Under the pieces are notes generated by a model. It saw nothing but the letters and a program-made list of their open reading frames with translations. It searched no databases and was not told the origin of the DNA. The position numbers and the translations under genes are program-made. Below, in pieces: positions 1 to 9,380 of a stretch of 64,000 nucleotides of DNA (positions within the stretch are counted from its first letter, which is position 1; every line of letters starts with the position of its first letter). Where the stretch lies: positions 96,001-160,000 of the IMG/VR virus record IMGVR_UViG_3300044719_000253; one strand, 5' to 3'. The DNA is from a virus. Lineage: Duplodnaviria; Caudoviricetes.

Positions 1-1
1 C

Positions 2-1372
2 GAGTACTTCTCCCCTATCGATGCAGATAAGTGGGATGATCTGGCGGCCACGATCGCTTTGCCGCCGGATACCCAAGCGCGTACCCTCAACTTCGGATCG
101 CTGAATCCGCATGGCGAAGATCTGGTCAATACTCCGGAAGGCGAGCAATGGGCAGAAGTGATTTCGGAAGGTCTGGATCATGGCTCGTTCCACGATAACC
201 TGCTGGCTGCCGCCAAACGCGAAGGGGCCAACTGGCAACAGCGTATCATGGTCGATGGTCGTCCACTCTCGATCGCAACGCCACGTCTGGGGGAAGACGA
301 TGGTCCGCTGCTGACTGGCGAACGCGCCATGTTGCGGGTGAATGCGCTGATGGGGCGCGGTTCGATCATGTCGATCCCGCTCTGGCATTCGGGCTTCTGG
401 ATCACGCTTAAGCGTCCGGGTGAGATTGATCTGCTCGATACGCTGCAAACCATCACGGAAAACAAGATCAGCTTCGGCCGCTCCAGCAATGGTCTGGCCT
501 TTGCCAATCACGTGGTGGTCAGCCAAGGCGCGGTGATGGATCTGGCCATGCGCAATCTGTTCGAAACTTCGGTCAAAGGCTTTAACACGATCGATATGAT
601 TCGGGCCAACATCAGCGCACTCGATATCCCGCTGATCGCCTGGGGTCTGGCTTGTGTGCTGCATCCGCGTGGCTTCCAGTTCGAACGAGCGATTCTTGAC
701 GCCAATGGCACCAAAGCCAAGGTCGTGCGGGAACTGCTCAACGTGGGCACGTGCCTGCGGATCGACAGCAACAGCTTGAACGACTGGCAAGTCAAGCACA
801 TGAGCCAACGCCGGACCGGCTCGATGATGCCTGAGTCGCTGAAAATTTACCGTGAGCATTTCGCACGCGGTAAACCGAAGTCGATCATGCTCGATGACAA
901 AGTTGGCATGACCATGCGGGTCCCGAGTGTGGATGAATACATCAACGCCGGGCAACGCTGGGTCGATGAACTGGTTACCGCGGTCACGCAAGCTTTTACT
1001 CAGGATCTGTCCGAGCAACAACGCAACAACATGATTCTGGACCGGGCTAAAGCCACCTCGATGCGCCAATACGTGCACTGGATCGACACGATCGATCTGC
1101 CGGCCAGTGGGCAAGCCATCAAAGACATCGCCACCATTGAAATGACGGTGTCGAGTCTGTCGGGTGACGATGATGCGCGGGCGAAGTATTACGAGGCCAT
1201 GCGCAGCTTCATCAATGATTCGGTGATCGCTATCATCGGGGTGCCGCAAGTCCATCCGGAAGAAGCCGATCAAGTCAAACCGCGGTTCGAGAACATCATC
1301 CCGCTCGACCCGGTTTCGGTTTTTATCAGCCTCCTTTACCAAAAGACTCAACAAATCCGACAGCGTCCATAG
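2..1372 (+). CDS. 5'-truncated conserved jumbo-phage protein (phiKZ gp77-like position; possibly baseplate-hub related)
   Basis: The frame is open from base 2 (EYFSPIDADKW...), so the ORF runs off the window edge. Long ORF with phage-typical codon use, next to the helicase/nvRNAP block. The product is inferred from position only. Confidence 0.6.
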   Translation, partial: EYFSPIDADKWDDLAATIALPPDTQARTLNFGSLNPHGEDLVNTPEGEQWAEVISEGLDHGSFHDNLLAAAKREGANWQQRIMVDGRPLSIATPRLGEDDGPLLTGERAMLRVNALMGRGSIMSIPLWHSGFWITLKRPGEIDLLDTLQTITENKISFGRSSNGLAFANHVVVSQGAVMDLAMRNLFETSVKGFNTIDMIRANISALDIPLIAWGLACVLHPRGFQFERAILDANGTKAKVVRELLNVGTCLRIDSNSLNDWQVKHMSQRRTGSMMPESLKIYREHFARGKPKSIMLDDKVGMTMRVPSVDEYINAGQRWVDELVTAVTQAFTQDLSEQQRNNMILDRAKATSMRQYVHWIDTIDLPASGQAIKDIATIEMTVSSLSGDDDARAKYYEAMRSFINDSVIAIIGVPQVHPEEADQVKPRFENIIPLDPVSVFISLLYQKTQQIRQRP

Positions 1373-1398
1373 AAGTCATCAGCCATGTCGCCCACCCG

Positions 1399-1830
1399 AT
1401 GTTCGGCGCCGAGTTCCTCGAAGAACCGACGCGGGTGGTCGAATTCTTTATCAGCACGCTCCAGCCGCTTTTGGCGCGTAAGGGTAAGATGACTGCAGTG
1501 GAAGCGTCGTTAATGTTACACCGTGCCTATTTGCTGCGTTACAACTTGGCCACTGGGGCTGAGTTAGATAACAACCCGGCGGCGTTGTTTAAGTTCCGGG
1601 AAGCGGAAGATCCGTATGTTGGTACTATGCTCGAAGACCATTTCGAACAGTTCCTGGATTTGGAAATCTTCCAGTACATGACGTGGGAGCAGTACATCAA
1701 CCTTCCACGGCATGAGTTGCAGATGGTGCGGCGCGTAGCAGAACGACGTCGGAAGCAAAAAAATAATGTTGACAGCAATTCTGTAAGAGATGCTGAAAAC
1801 ATGATGCGTAACATGGGCTTAGGGAGATAA
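1399..1830 (+). CDS. hypothetical protein (true start uncertain, may lie upstream)
   Basis: 143-aa ORF tightly packed between neighbours. There is no Shine-Dalgarno before ATG 1399, and the frame is open well upstream. Confidence 0.7.
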   Translation: MFGAEFLEEPTRVVEFFISTLQPLLARKGKMTAVEASLMLHRAYLLRYNLATGAELDNNPAALFKFREAEDPYVGTMLEDHFEQFLDLEIFQYMTWEQYINLPRHELQMVRRVAERRRKQKNNVDSNSVRDAENMMRNMGLGR

Positions 1831-1832
1831 CC

Positions 1833-2276
1833 ATGGGGATCCGATATATCGAGAAAGGTGACTTGTTCACCAGTGGCGCCCAAGTGCTGGTGTGCCCCAC
1901 CAATGCTGCGGGTGTGATGGGGAATGGCTTAGCGCGGTATTTTCGAAATCGGGTCCCGGGTCTCTTTGGTGCCTATCAACGCCATTGCTCGCGGCATCGC
2001 CCCAGTCAAATGGTGCCGTTCGTGTTTCCTACGGACGACTTCATTGTGTACTGTTTGCACACCAAGCGCAAATGGTGGGAAGATTCCTCGACGACCATTG
2101 TCCGAAATGGTTTGCTCAAGTTCATCGCTTGGTGCGAACAAGAGCAGATTGACTCAGTGGCGTTGCCAGCGTTGGGTTGTGGTAAAGGAGGGCTTGATTT
2201 TTATCGGGATGTTAAACCGATCATGCACGAACTCCTGAAAGAGTCGAACATGTCCATTACGGTGTACTGTTCGTAA
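1833..2276 (+). CDS. Macrodomain (DarG/Appr-1-p-like) ADP-ribose hydrolase
   Basis: Motifs KGDLF, VCPTNAAGVMGNGLA, TKRKW and ALPALGCGKGGL match the DarG-type macrodomain pattern. Confidence 0.9.
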   Translation: MGIRYIEKGDLFTSGAQVLVCPTNAAGVMGNGLARYFRNRVPGLFGAYQRHCSRHRPSQMVPFVFPTDDFIVYCLHTKRKWWEDSSTTIVRNGLLKFIAWCEQEQIDSVALPALGCGKGGLDFYRDVKPIMHELLKESNMSITVYCS

Positions 2277-2289
2277 ACAAAAAAAGAAA

Positions 2290-2336
2290 GACGCATACGG
2301 CCTCCCTACCCGTGCGGGTAGGGAGGTTATGCCGTC
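2290..2336. terminator. convergent-gene terminator hairpin with CATA/TATG flanks
   Basis: 11-bp stem CCTCCCTACCC/GGGTAGGGAGG (2301-2326) between converging genes. The A-run at about 2278-2289 gives a U-tail on the minus strand. Confidence 0.8.
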
Positions 2337-2796
2337 ACACGGAGTCATGATCGGATAAGGTCGGGAGCACATCGAACAACATCATTTTACCGTCGCGTTG
2401 ACCGGGTAAGAGATAACGTAAAGGTGGATCGGTTTCATTGGACTGGGGGAATTGACCAAACAACAAATAATCACGCAAAGCGATTGCGGCTTGATCGAGC
2501 TTGGTCAACGGGTAGGCACAGGTGGCGTGTGCGGGGCTGGGATGGCGCCAGACGCGTCCCACGGTCACGCTGACATGGTCACCCACGTCTTCTAAAAAGA
2601 CATTCCGGACCCCAAACGGGTCGCCCGGGGCTTCGGTCACATACAGACTGAGTTTGGTGAGGATCCGCTCTTGATGGGCGAATTGACCCATTAACACTTT
2701 ACCTTGGGTCAGCTTGATGCCATCGGTGATCACTTGGAGAATCTTAAGAAGTGCTGCCGTGCCCGATTGTTTCGGGCTGGTATGAATAAGGGCCAT
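2335..2796 (-). CDS. hypothetical protein
   Basis: 153-aa ORF with an AAGGA RBS upstream; ends at the terminator. Confidence 0.7.
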   Translation of the reverse strand: MALIHTSPKQSGTAALLKILQVITDGIKLTQGKVLMGQFAHQERILTKLSLYVTEAPGDPFGVRNVFLEDVGDHVSVTVGRVWRHPSPAHATCAYPLTKLDQAAIALRDYLLFGQFPQSNETDPPLRYLLPGQRDGKMMLFDVLPTLSDHDSV

Positions 2797-2885
2797 GCCG
2801 AGTGTCTCGTTATGCTGTTAATGGAAGGAGACAAAAAAATAAAACCGTCACAGCATAGAGAGACACCCGAAGGTGTCTCTCTCGC

Positions 2886-4448
2886 TTAGATCATGGTGCC
2901 ATAGTAACGCGGTTCGTACTTCAAGGCCCGGGTGGCCAACAGTGCTTTCTTGTTCTGGTGATATTCGTGATGCTTGGCAAAGTCATCGCCCACAAAGTAC
3001 ACAAAGAACATTTTGCGCCCCAAGCTCGGGTCTTTCCGGTTCAAGTCCCGCAGTCGCCCAAATCCTTGGATATTGGTCGGCGAACTGTTCACGGCGGGTG
3101 TCATGATCACCGTGGTCAGTTGCGGGATGTCTTTGCCGGTGCCAGCCGATTTCAAGGTCGAGACAATGATATCGGCATTGATCAAGTTCTCGAACGGATC
3201 TTCCCCGACGAAACGCCGTACATCACGATGGCCATAGTCCTTCTTGATATACTCGGTAAAGAGCGTACACATCTCGATCGTGGCAAAATACACCAGACAG
3301 CGGTCACCTGGACGGTAATCCAAGTCGTAGGTGTAAATTAAGCTGTCGCGCGTCATCTGGAAATACGCCTTCAGCATCTCCTTCGACTTCATGATGCTCT
3401 TTTCGAACTCTACATGGGAATACGAGGCCATGCCACGTTGTAAGGTCCGAATCTCTTTCGGGCGCCGTACCGTGTAATGCAGGGAATACGCGTGGACGTA
3501 CTTGTTGAAGCCGCCTTTATCGAACCGTTGCTGCGGGGGATACGCCACCCGCATCATGTTGTTGATAAACTGATCATCGCTTTGCAGCGTGGCCGAGAGC
3601 GACACCGCGTTATTCACGTGGGTGTAGCAATCGAGCCGGAACATCAAGTGGAAATTCTCATGCACCTCGTCGATTACGCGCATGCCAATGCGTAAATGTT
3701 GAAAAAAAAGATACGGCGGGACTGCATAGCCGTGCTCTTCCTTCAGACGTGCAGCACTACCGCACTCTTCATACGCTTCGATATACAAGCGGAACGTGAT
3801 GGTGCTGACAATGATGGCGTCGTATGGAATGTCGCCATTATCTTCCCCCATCTCCAACAACGCGCGCAACGAGTTACCGCCCTGAATCACCGTGATACGT
3901 TTCTTATCGATGATACAGTTTTCGTCGAACGCCTTGAGCCATTGATCAATGTACTTGGGTTCCAGCATGATACACATGCGCTGACGGTACTTCGAGGCCG
4001 CCATCATAGTGAGTAGAGTCTTCCCACCTCCAGCTTGAAGGATCACGGCCTTGGTGGTCGGGCTGTACTCGCTCAGGATATAATCGATTGCCTCCTCTTG
4101 CAGTTCACTGGGTACGAAGTGCGGTTTGATCACCAGATGCATCGGGTCCGCCAAATACGGCTTGGCGGTTTCCCATTGGATCAACCCCGGAGCATCGAGG
4201 TTGTGACGGTACAACAGTTTCTTAAATGCCTCCAGATGGTTGATGTGGTAGCGGATCCGACCGCGTGAGGTGGTCGCGGCCTCATAGACCTTGTCCTCCC
4301 CACTTTTCATTACGCGGCCGTTACGGGTATAGGTTCTGGCAAATTGGGTCAGAGCGCGTTTGAATTCATCGCACGCAACTCTGACCCCCAGCGAAAGGTG
4401 GCTGACCACGAAATGATGCGTGGCCGCCACAACGATGGCTAAAGTCAT
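2886..4448 (-). CDS. Superfamily 2 (DExD/H, UvsW-like) helicase, phiKZ gp75-like
   Basis: Walker A QAGGGKT, Walker B IDEVHE, motif III SATL, GTGKDIP and QGFGRLR motifs. Confidence 0.92.
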   Translation of the reverse strand: MTLAIVVAATHHFVVSHLSLGVRVACDEFKRALTQFARTYTRNGRVMKSGEDKVYEAATTSRGRIRYHINHLEAFKKLLYRHNLDAPGLIQWETAKPYLADPMHLVIKPHFVPSELQEEAIDYILSEYSPTTKAVILQAGGGKTLLTMMAASKYRQRMCIMLEPKYIDQWLKAFDENCIIDKKRITVIQGGNSLRALLEMGEDNGDIPYDAIIVSTITFRLYIEAYEECGSAARLKEEHGYAVPPYLFFQHLRIGMRVIDEVHENFHLMFRLDCYTHVNNAVSLSATLQSDDQFINNMMRVAYPPQQRFDKGGFNKYVHAYSLHYTVRRPKEIRTLQRGMASYSHVEFEKSIMKSKEMLKAYFQMTRDSLIYTYDLDYRPGDRCLVYFATIEMCTLFTEYIKKDYGHRDVRRFVGEDPFENLINADIIVSTLKSAGTGKDIPQLTTVIMTPAVNSSPTNIQGFGRLRDLNRKDPSLGRKMFFVYFVGDDFAKHHEYHQNKKALLATRALKYEPRYYGTMI

Positions 4449-6577
4449 GTTGTTTGTGGGCTACCAAAGACTTGGGTGGGGGTGTAGATGCCGTCAAACA
4501 AATGGTCAAAGCGGTTGGTGAAAATGAAGCTGGCCGGATCGCTGAGCGCCTCGTACTGCTTTTCGAAAGCGAATAGCACCGACAGACTGCGGCCTTTCAT
4601 GGTCATGGACAACACCGAAGGTTGCGAGGTAGTCCATGGTTTCGGCAGGCTGTAGTCGTTGGCTTCGGCCGAGATGATCGTGGTCGCATACAGAATCACT
4701 TCCAGACACGACAAGTTCACGTTCAACTTACGATTGACGAAGTCGAACAGTTCGACAATCATCTTATCGGCTGTTTCCGTGCGGGATCGTGCTTTCATTT
4801 CGGCCACACGCGATTCCAACATCCTTGCCACAGCGTCGACGTGGTCTGAGTTATTGAAGTGCTTGGCAGGCATCACCAAGACTGGATCATCCCAATTCCA
4901 ATCGGTCAGATCTACCTCATAACGATCTTCACCGCGTTGCTTACCGCGGGTACCTTCCGCCGATGACGGTACCGTTTTGTAACCATGATCGCGAATGTAT
5001 TCCAGCATTTCGTACGACAGGCTGGCTTCGCGGCTGCCCTGTACACCGACATCCACGCCCACCACTTGTTCCATGCCAACCACCCTCTGCTTGCTGTCAG
5101 CGTTGTTAAGCAGATCCACCGCCCCAACGCCTTCCGCGATCTTGATGTTCAGCACGGTCATTTCACTGTAGTGATTTTCCGGATGCTCCCGGACATCCTC
5201 CACAGTCCTGATGTCATGTAAGCTTTCGACTTGGCTCCTTAAGAAAATCAGACTGACGTCTTTGTCTTCGATATCCTTAGACAGCACATACGACGAGTTG
5301 TCGGCGCCGCCCGCGATGTACTTAGTCCACTGAGGAGGGATGTCAATCCGTTCCAACGCGCTAGAACGCTCCAGGTGCTTCGCCGACAGCAGGGCTTGGG
5401 TAGCTTGCTCTGCCATCGTGGTCGCGCACCATTGGCCGATATTCGCATCAGGTGGCACGTTAAATGCGAGTTCACCGAAGCAGGTCGAGCAGACCCCAGC
5501 CGGATCCGGATGAGCACAATGCAACGTAGTGCGCAGCTGTACGGTTTGCCCCAGCAGATGGAAATCCATGGGCGTGAGCACCTTCAGCTTACCAGTGGCT
5601 TCATCCAGATAGTACTTACCATTGAGCAGTTCCAGATCGCTGTCCTTGACCTTCTCCCCAGTTTCGTCTTTCTTAGCATCGCGCAGCTTCCATGGCAAAT
5701 ACTGCGTCGAGCCACAATCGCAGTCTTGGTGGATGTTGCGGATGTTTTGCGAGACGAACTGGAGTTTACGCGAGAAGTACTCGGACATCCTGAGTGACTC
5801 AGCCGCATAGTACGAAGCACGCGCCGCTGAGCGGGTTTCAATGGCGGAATCGGCGATACCGCGAATCCCTTCCACGTAACCACGGCGGATGGTGTGACCG
5901 AAGATACGCGAGTTCATGTCCGTCGGGTTACCACGGGGACCGATGTTTTGGTGCACCTGGGTTTCCTTCAGTAACTTCGAGCGGTATTCACGCACCAGCG
6001 GGTTGTGGGCCAGACGGGTGGTTTTCTTGAACACATTGTCGATGACTTGATACACTTCCCGCACGTGGATTTCACCACGTTGCACCGCTTGATTGGCGGC
6101 GTAGATTTCCGGATCATCCATCGCTTCATGGAAGTGCAGAATATCGATGGTGCCGACGAACCGGCCAGCGCGTTTGATGAAGTCGCAATACTGGAAGTTG
6201 TTGATGTCGTACGCCATCTTCCACAACGTGGTGCGGGGAATCGGCGTGGCGCTGTGACGGTAGGCATCGTAGGTGGCCAACATGCAGTTACCGATCAGCG
6301 ACAGATCGGAACCAATCGATAACCGCCCTGGCAAGCCAGTCTTCTTGTCGAACTTCAGAATGCCACGGATGTGGTGTTCGGCCAACAACGGGGTGTTGGG
6401 GTACTGGCGATGAAAATCCCACGCATAACTGCTATAGCACGTCTCCACATGGTTGGTTACGAACTCCTCGCCGTCATCCATGACCAGGATGAATTCACCG
6501 GCAAGAACATTCCACAGATCCGCCGCGGTAAAGCCCAACAAACACCGCGCGGGGATTCTCTTAAGAGGTTTGGTCAT
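4445..6577 (-). CDS. nvRNAP beta-prime subunit, C-terminal part (phiKZ gp74-like)
   Basis: Zn site DCDCGST...CAHPDPAGVCSTCFG, bridge-helix-like RAASYYAAESLRMSEYFSRKL and trigger-loop-like EQATQALLSAKH. Start trimmed to ATG 6577 because the upstream extension overlaps the neighbouring gene and a terminator. Confidence 0.88.
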   Translation of the reverse strand: MTKPLKRIPARCLLGFTAADLWNVLAGEFILVMDDGEEFVTNHVETCYSSYAWDFHRQYPNTPLLAEHHIRGILKFDKKTGLPGRLSIGSDLSLIGNCMLATYDAYRHSATPIPRTTLWKMAYDINNFQYCDFIKRAGRFVGTIDILHFHEAMDDPEIYAANQAVQRGEIHVREVYQVIDNVFKKTTRLAHNPLVREYRSKLLKETQVHQNIGPRGNPTDMNSRIFGHTIRRGYVEGIRGIADSAIETRSAARASYYAAESLRMSEYFSRKLQFVSQNIRNIHQDCDCGSTQYLPWKLRDAKKDETGEKVKDSDLELLNGKYYLDEATGKLKVLTPMDFHLLGQTVQLRTTLHCAHPDPAGVCSTCFGELAFNVPPDANIGQWCATTMAEQATQALLSAKHLERSSALERIDIPPQWTKYIAGGADNSSYVLSKDIEDKDVSLIFLRSQVESLHDIRTVEDVREHPENHYSEMTVLNIKIAEGVGAVDLLNNADSKQRVVGMEQVVGVDVGVQGSREASLSYEMLEYIRDHGYKTVPSSAEGTRGKQRGEDRYEVDLTDWNWDDPVLVMPAKHFNNSDHVDAVARMLESRVAEMKARSRTETADKMIVELFDFVNRKLNVNLSCLEVILYATTIISAEANDYSLPKPWTTSQPSVLSMTMKGRSLSVLFAFEKQYEALSDPASFIFTNRFDHLFDGIYTPTQVFGSPQTT

Positions 6578-6595
6578 GTGTACACTAAGAAGAAG

Positions 6596-6619
6596 CCCGC
6601 CCCCGAGGTAAGGGGCGGG
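6596..6619 (-). terminator. hairpin between the two nvRNAP genes
   Basis: Stem CCCGCCCC/GGGGCGGG followed on the minus strand by CTTCTTCTT. Confidence 0.55.
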
Positions 6620-6627
6620 TGGGTTAA

Positions 6628-8835
6628 TCACGCAGCTTTCGTGCTGTTGTCGAAATAGTAGCCGAGGTTGGCCGGATGGGTCGGGTGATACGGATCCCAC
6701 GCCATCTCGTAACCCGCACACGCCCACACGTGGTTGACCGTTTGCAGGCTGCGCGAACCATCGAGCGGAATCACACGGCGGTCCACTGCTTGCGCAATGC
6801 GGGTCGGTGATTCGGCTTCGAAGATACTCCAGCACATGGCCTTGTGGGCTTCCACGCTGTTGTTACGATCCAGGATCTCGGCCGCGGTCAGCGTCCCCGA
6901 ATACGAGATCACGATGCGGATTTCCGATTCCCCATACGCCTTGGTCGGTTGCATGCGGATGCGTTCCGAATACTTGTCCGCATTCGACAGTGTCGCTACC
7001 ACGCCCGCATGTTGACGACGCGCTGACGCCACGGCGGACCAGCTATCCGCGATCTTTTCCAGCATAATAATCGACAACGGCGCAATCCGGATCGGTTCCA
7101 CCGTGGTTTCGAATTCCCCCGAAGCGGTACGGTACGTCACCGGCGTAAACGTCGGCGGGTACAAGCGTTGGATATCCGCCACCATGTTCTTCAGTTCCAG
7201 TTCATGGTCGGAGCGCATGTACAGCACCGTATACCCTTTGGAAAGAATATACGACAAGTGGCTGATCGGGGTCGACGAATAACGTCCTTCCCGGAACACC
7301 GCCGCTTGCTTGGGTACCGTGATCTCATAGAACCCGAGCAGATATTCCCACGCCCGTGCCAAATCAGCGGGGCGTTCACGCTGCACTTTCAGCAACTCGT
7401 TCATCATCTGACCACGGCGCTGGCGATCCCGCACCCCCAACATTTGCACCACCCGCTTGTACATATCACGGGCAGCACCATTGATGATGTGCTCATACAG
7501 ACGACCCGGGATCATGCGGTTATTCACCGCCGCTTGGTCAAAGATCATCTCGGCGCGATTACCATCGGCATCCACCGGCATGTCTTCGTCTTCCCAGACC
7601 GAGACCACAACTCCTTTCCCGCCAAAAAGATCAGTAAATTTGTTCCCCATGTTGGGGATGATTTTGTTCTTGATGGTGAATTCGATGCGGTAATCGTCGA
7701 TGCGGGTTTTCTTGTGCACCTTCACCACGGTGTTGTTGCCATCCTGGTTCGGCGCGATCACCGAGATGGCTTCGATGATCAAGTTGTGCAGCTTCGGTTG
7801 CAAGATCGGGTGACGTGGACGCAGATCGTAGCACAGCTTTTGGTACCAGTCGTAAATCCCTTTGAGGAATTCCCGACGACCGGCATCGTAACGCAGCGGT
7901 TGCTCTTCCATCTGTACCGGTGTACCCATGATCCCGGTGTTGAAGTCATGGTGCACCTTGATGTCGATCACTTCGCCATCAGCACAGATCTTTTCGTCGA
8001 ACATGAAGTCGACCCGTTGGCACGCTTTGACACTCATCTCGGCAATCGCCAAGTCTTCGCGGTAACTGCGCAGCGCCATTAGGATGCCATCCGGATTGAC
8101 CCGTTCCCCGATATTGGGGTGGATCTTGTAGGTCTTGTCATCCCCGTACAGATTCAGTGGGAATTTGTTTTGACCAAACTCCACCACCCGCCGCTCAAAC
8201 GTGTTGAAGCCAAATTTCTTCAGCGCCGAACGGGCCACCACAATCCCGTCCTCGGCCACGTCAGGCAAACCCATCATCGCGACGTTGATGGTCACGCTGA
8301 AGGCATAATCGCCTTGGCCCGAGGGATCGTCCGGATCATGAATCACCCCAGGCGAATCGCGGAACACGTGGTCGCGTTTGATTTCTTGCCCGACGCTAAT
8401 CGCCATCCCACGGTCCACGTAGCTAAAGCCGAGATACGGGTGATAGGTGCTGTAATCCGTGATGCTGACCATCCCGTACTCATACGGCGCATCCGGTTCG
8501 TTGGATTGAAACACCACCACCGTTTCCGGCGGGCTGGTCTTAAATGCGTTTTCTCCTTCACGACGCAGATAGCGGTGGAAGATGCCACGCACGATGCCGG
8601 TCACTGGCATGCGCTGGGCGAACGTGGTTTTCACCAACCGGGTGTCCAAGCCGGTTTGGATGATGCGTTCTTGGACCCCGTCCACAACCACGATCTGTCC
8701 CAGGTTATTGCCATACATCTGCTTACGGGACGCCGAGATCGCCGCGTTGAACGCGTTGATCGACATGATACTTTCCCCTTGCGGGAAATGTTGATTCGGT
8801 TCGTAGTACGACGGTTTAATATCCCATGTTGCCAT
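6628..8835 (-). CDS. nvRNAP beta subunit, C-terminal part (phiKZ gp71-73-like)
   Basis: GNKFTDLFGGKGVV corresponds to the beta GDK...HGxKG motif; also SRKQM...GQ, EDGIVV and YGESEIR. RBS AAAGGA upstream. Confidence 0.92.
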   Translation of the reverse strand: MATWDIKPSYYEPNQHFPQGESIMSINAFNAAISASRKQMYGNNLGQIVVVDGVQERIIQTGLDTRLVKTTFAQRMPVTGIVRGIFHRYLRREGENAFKTSPPETVVVFQSNEPDAPYEYGMVSITDYSTYHPYLGFSYVDRGMAISVGQEIKRDHVFRDSPGVIHDPDDPSGQGDYAFSVTINVAMMGLPDVAEDGIVVARSALKKFGFNTFERRVVEFGQNKFPLNLYGDDKTYKIHPNIGERVNPDGILMALRSYREDLAIAEMSVKACQRVDFMFDEKICADGEVIDIKVHHDFNTGIMGTPVQMEEQPLRYDAGRREFLKGIYDWYQKLCYDLRPRHPILQPKLHNLIIEAISVIAPNQDGNNTVVKVHKKTRIDDYRIEFTIKNKIIPNMGNKFTDLFGGKGVVVSVWEDEDMPVDADGNRAEMIFDQAAVNNRMIPGRLYEHIINGAARDMYKRVVQMLGVRDRQRRGQMMNELLKVQRERPADLARAWEYLLGFYEITVPKQAAVFREGRYSSTPISHLSYILSKGYTVLYMRSDHELELKNMVADIQRLYPPTFTPVTYRTASGEFETTVEPIRIAPLSIIMLEKIADSWSAVASARRQHAGVVATLSNADKYSERIRMQPTKAYGESEIRIVISYSGTLTAAEILDRNNSVEAHKAMCWSIFEAESPTRIAQAVDRRVIPLDGSRSLQTVNHVWACAGYEMAWDPYHPTHPANLGYYFDNSTKAA

Positions 8836-8893
8836 ACGTAATCCTTTGTTATGGATTTAGTTGTTGTTACTTATGAGGCGATTGGCCTACATC

Positions 8894-8918
8894 TTAGTGA
8901 TATAGGCATGAAACTTTT
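8894..8918 (-). promoter_or_regulatory. early (virion RNAP)-type promoter, TATATCAC variant
   Basis: Minus strand reads AAAAGTTTCATGCCTATATCACTAA, about 60 nt upstream of the nvRNAP beta start. The same motif recurs seven times in the window. Confidence 0.7.
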
Positions 8919-8936
8919 TAATGCTTGCGGAGGTGA

Positions 8937-9275
8937 ATGATGGCGTTGATCGATTTGATGGTAAATGCAGGTGAAGATTTGTTTTACGATCCTGGATTTC
9001 GAAATGTGTTGGAAGACCACATGACGTATCTGCGTGAGCAATACAGTCAGATGGTGATGTTGCGCCCCGATGAAAGCTACCAGTGGCGTGGTGATTTCTT
9101 TGGGTTGTTGGATGGACGAAACTACGCACGCAAATACCACTGGGTGATTCTGCGCTTGAACCAATACACCTCGCCGACACAGTTCGACGAAGACACGTTG
9201 GCGATTTTGGTGCCCGATTTTGCGGAGATCGACCGCATCGCACAAGCGTATCAAGCGGTTCCCAAGATCAGTTAA
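8937..9275 (+). CDS. small virion protein, T4 gp53/LysM-like baseplate-wedge resemblance
   Basis: GGAGG RBS. YRGDFFGLL...YHWVILRLNQYTSP resembles the gp53 W-I-L-x-x-N-x-x-x-P pattern (inference). Confidence 0.55.
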   Translation: MMALIDLMVNAGEDLFYDPGFRNVLEDHMTYLREQYSQMVMLRPDESYQWRGDFFGLLDGRNYARKYHWVILRLNQYTSPTQFDEDTLAILVPDFAEIDRIAQAYQAVPKIS

Positions 9276-9380
9276 TACGATTCATGAATCTTTTTTCATA
9301 CATCTAGGAAAAAAGAACAGTGCATAGGAAAAACCAACACAACCCGCGAAGGTTGTGTTGGTCTTATGCCGTCCTAACGA

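Noticed and set aside
6578-6835. N-terminal extensions given by the ORF track (also 12433-12582, 14120-14221, 18149-18238, 23100-23276, 44852-44968)
   Set aside because: They overlap upstream genes, terminators or promoters. The downstream starts have proper RBSs.
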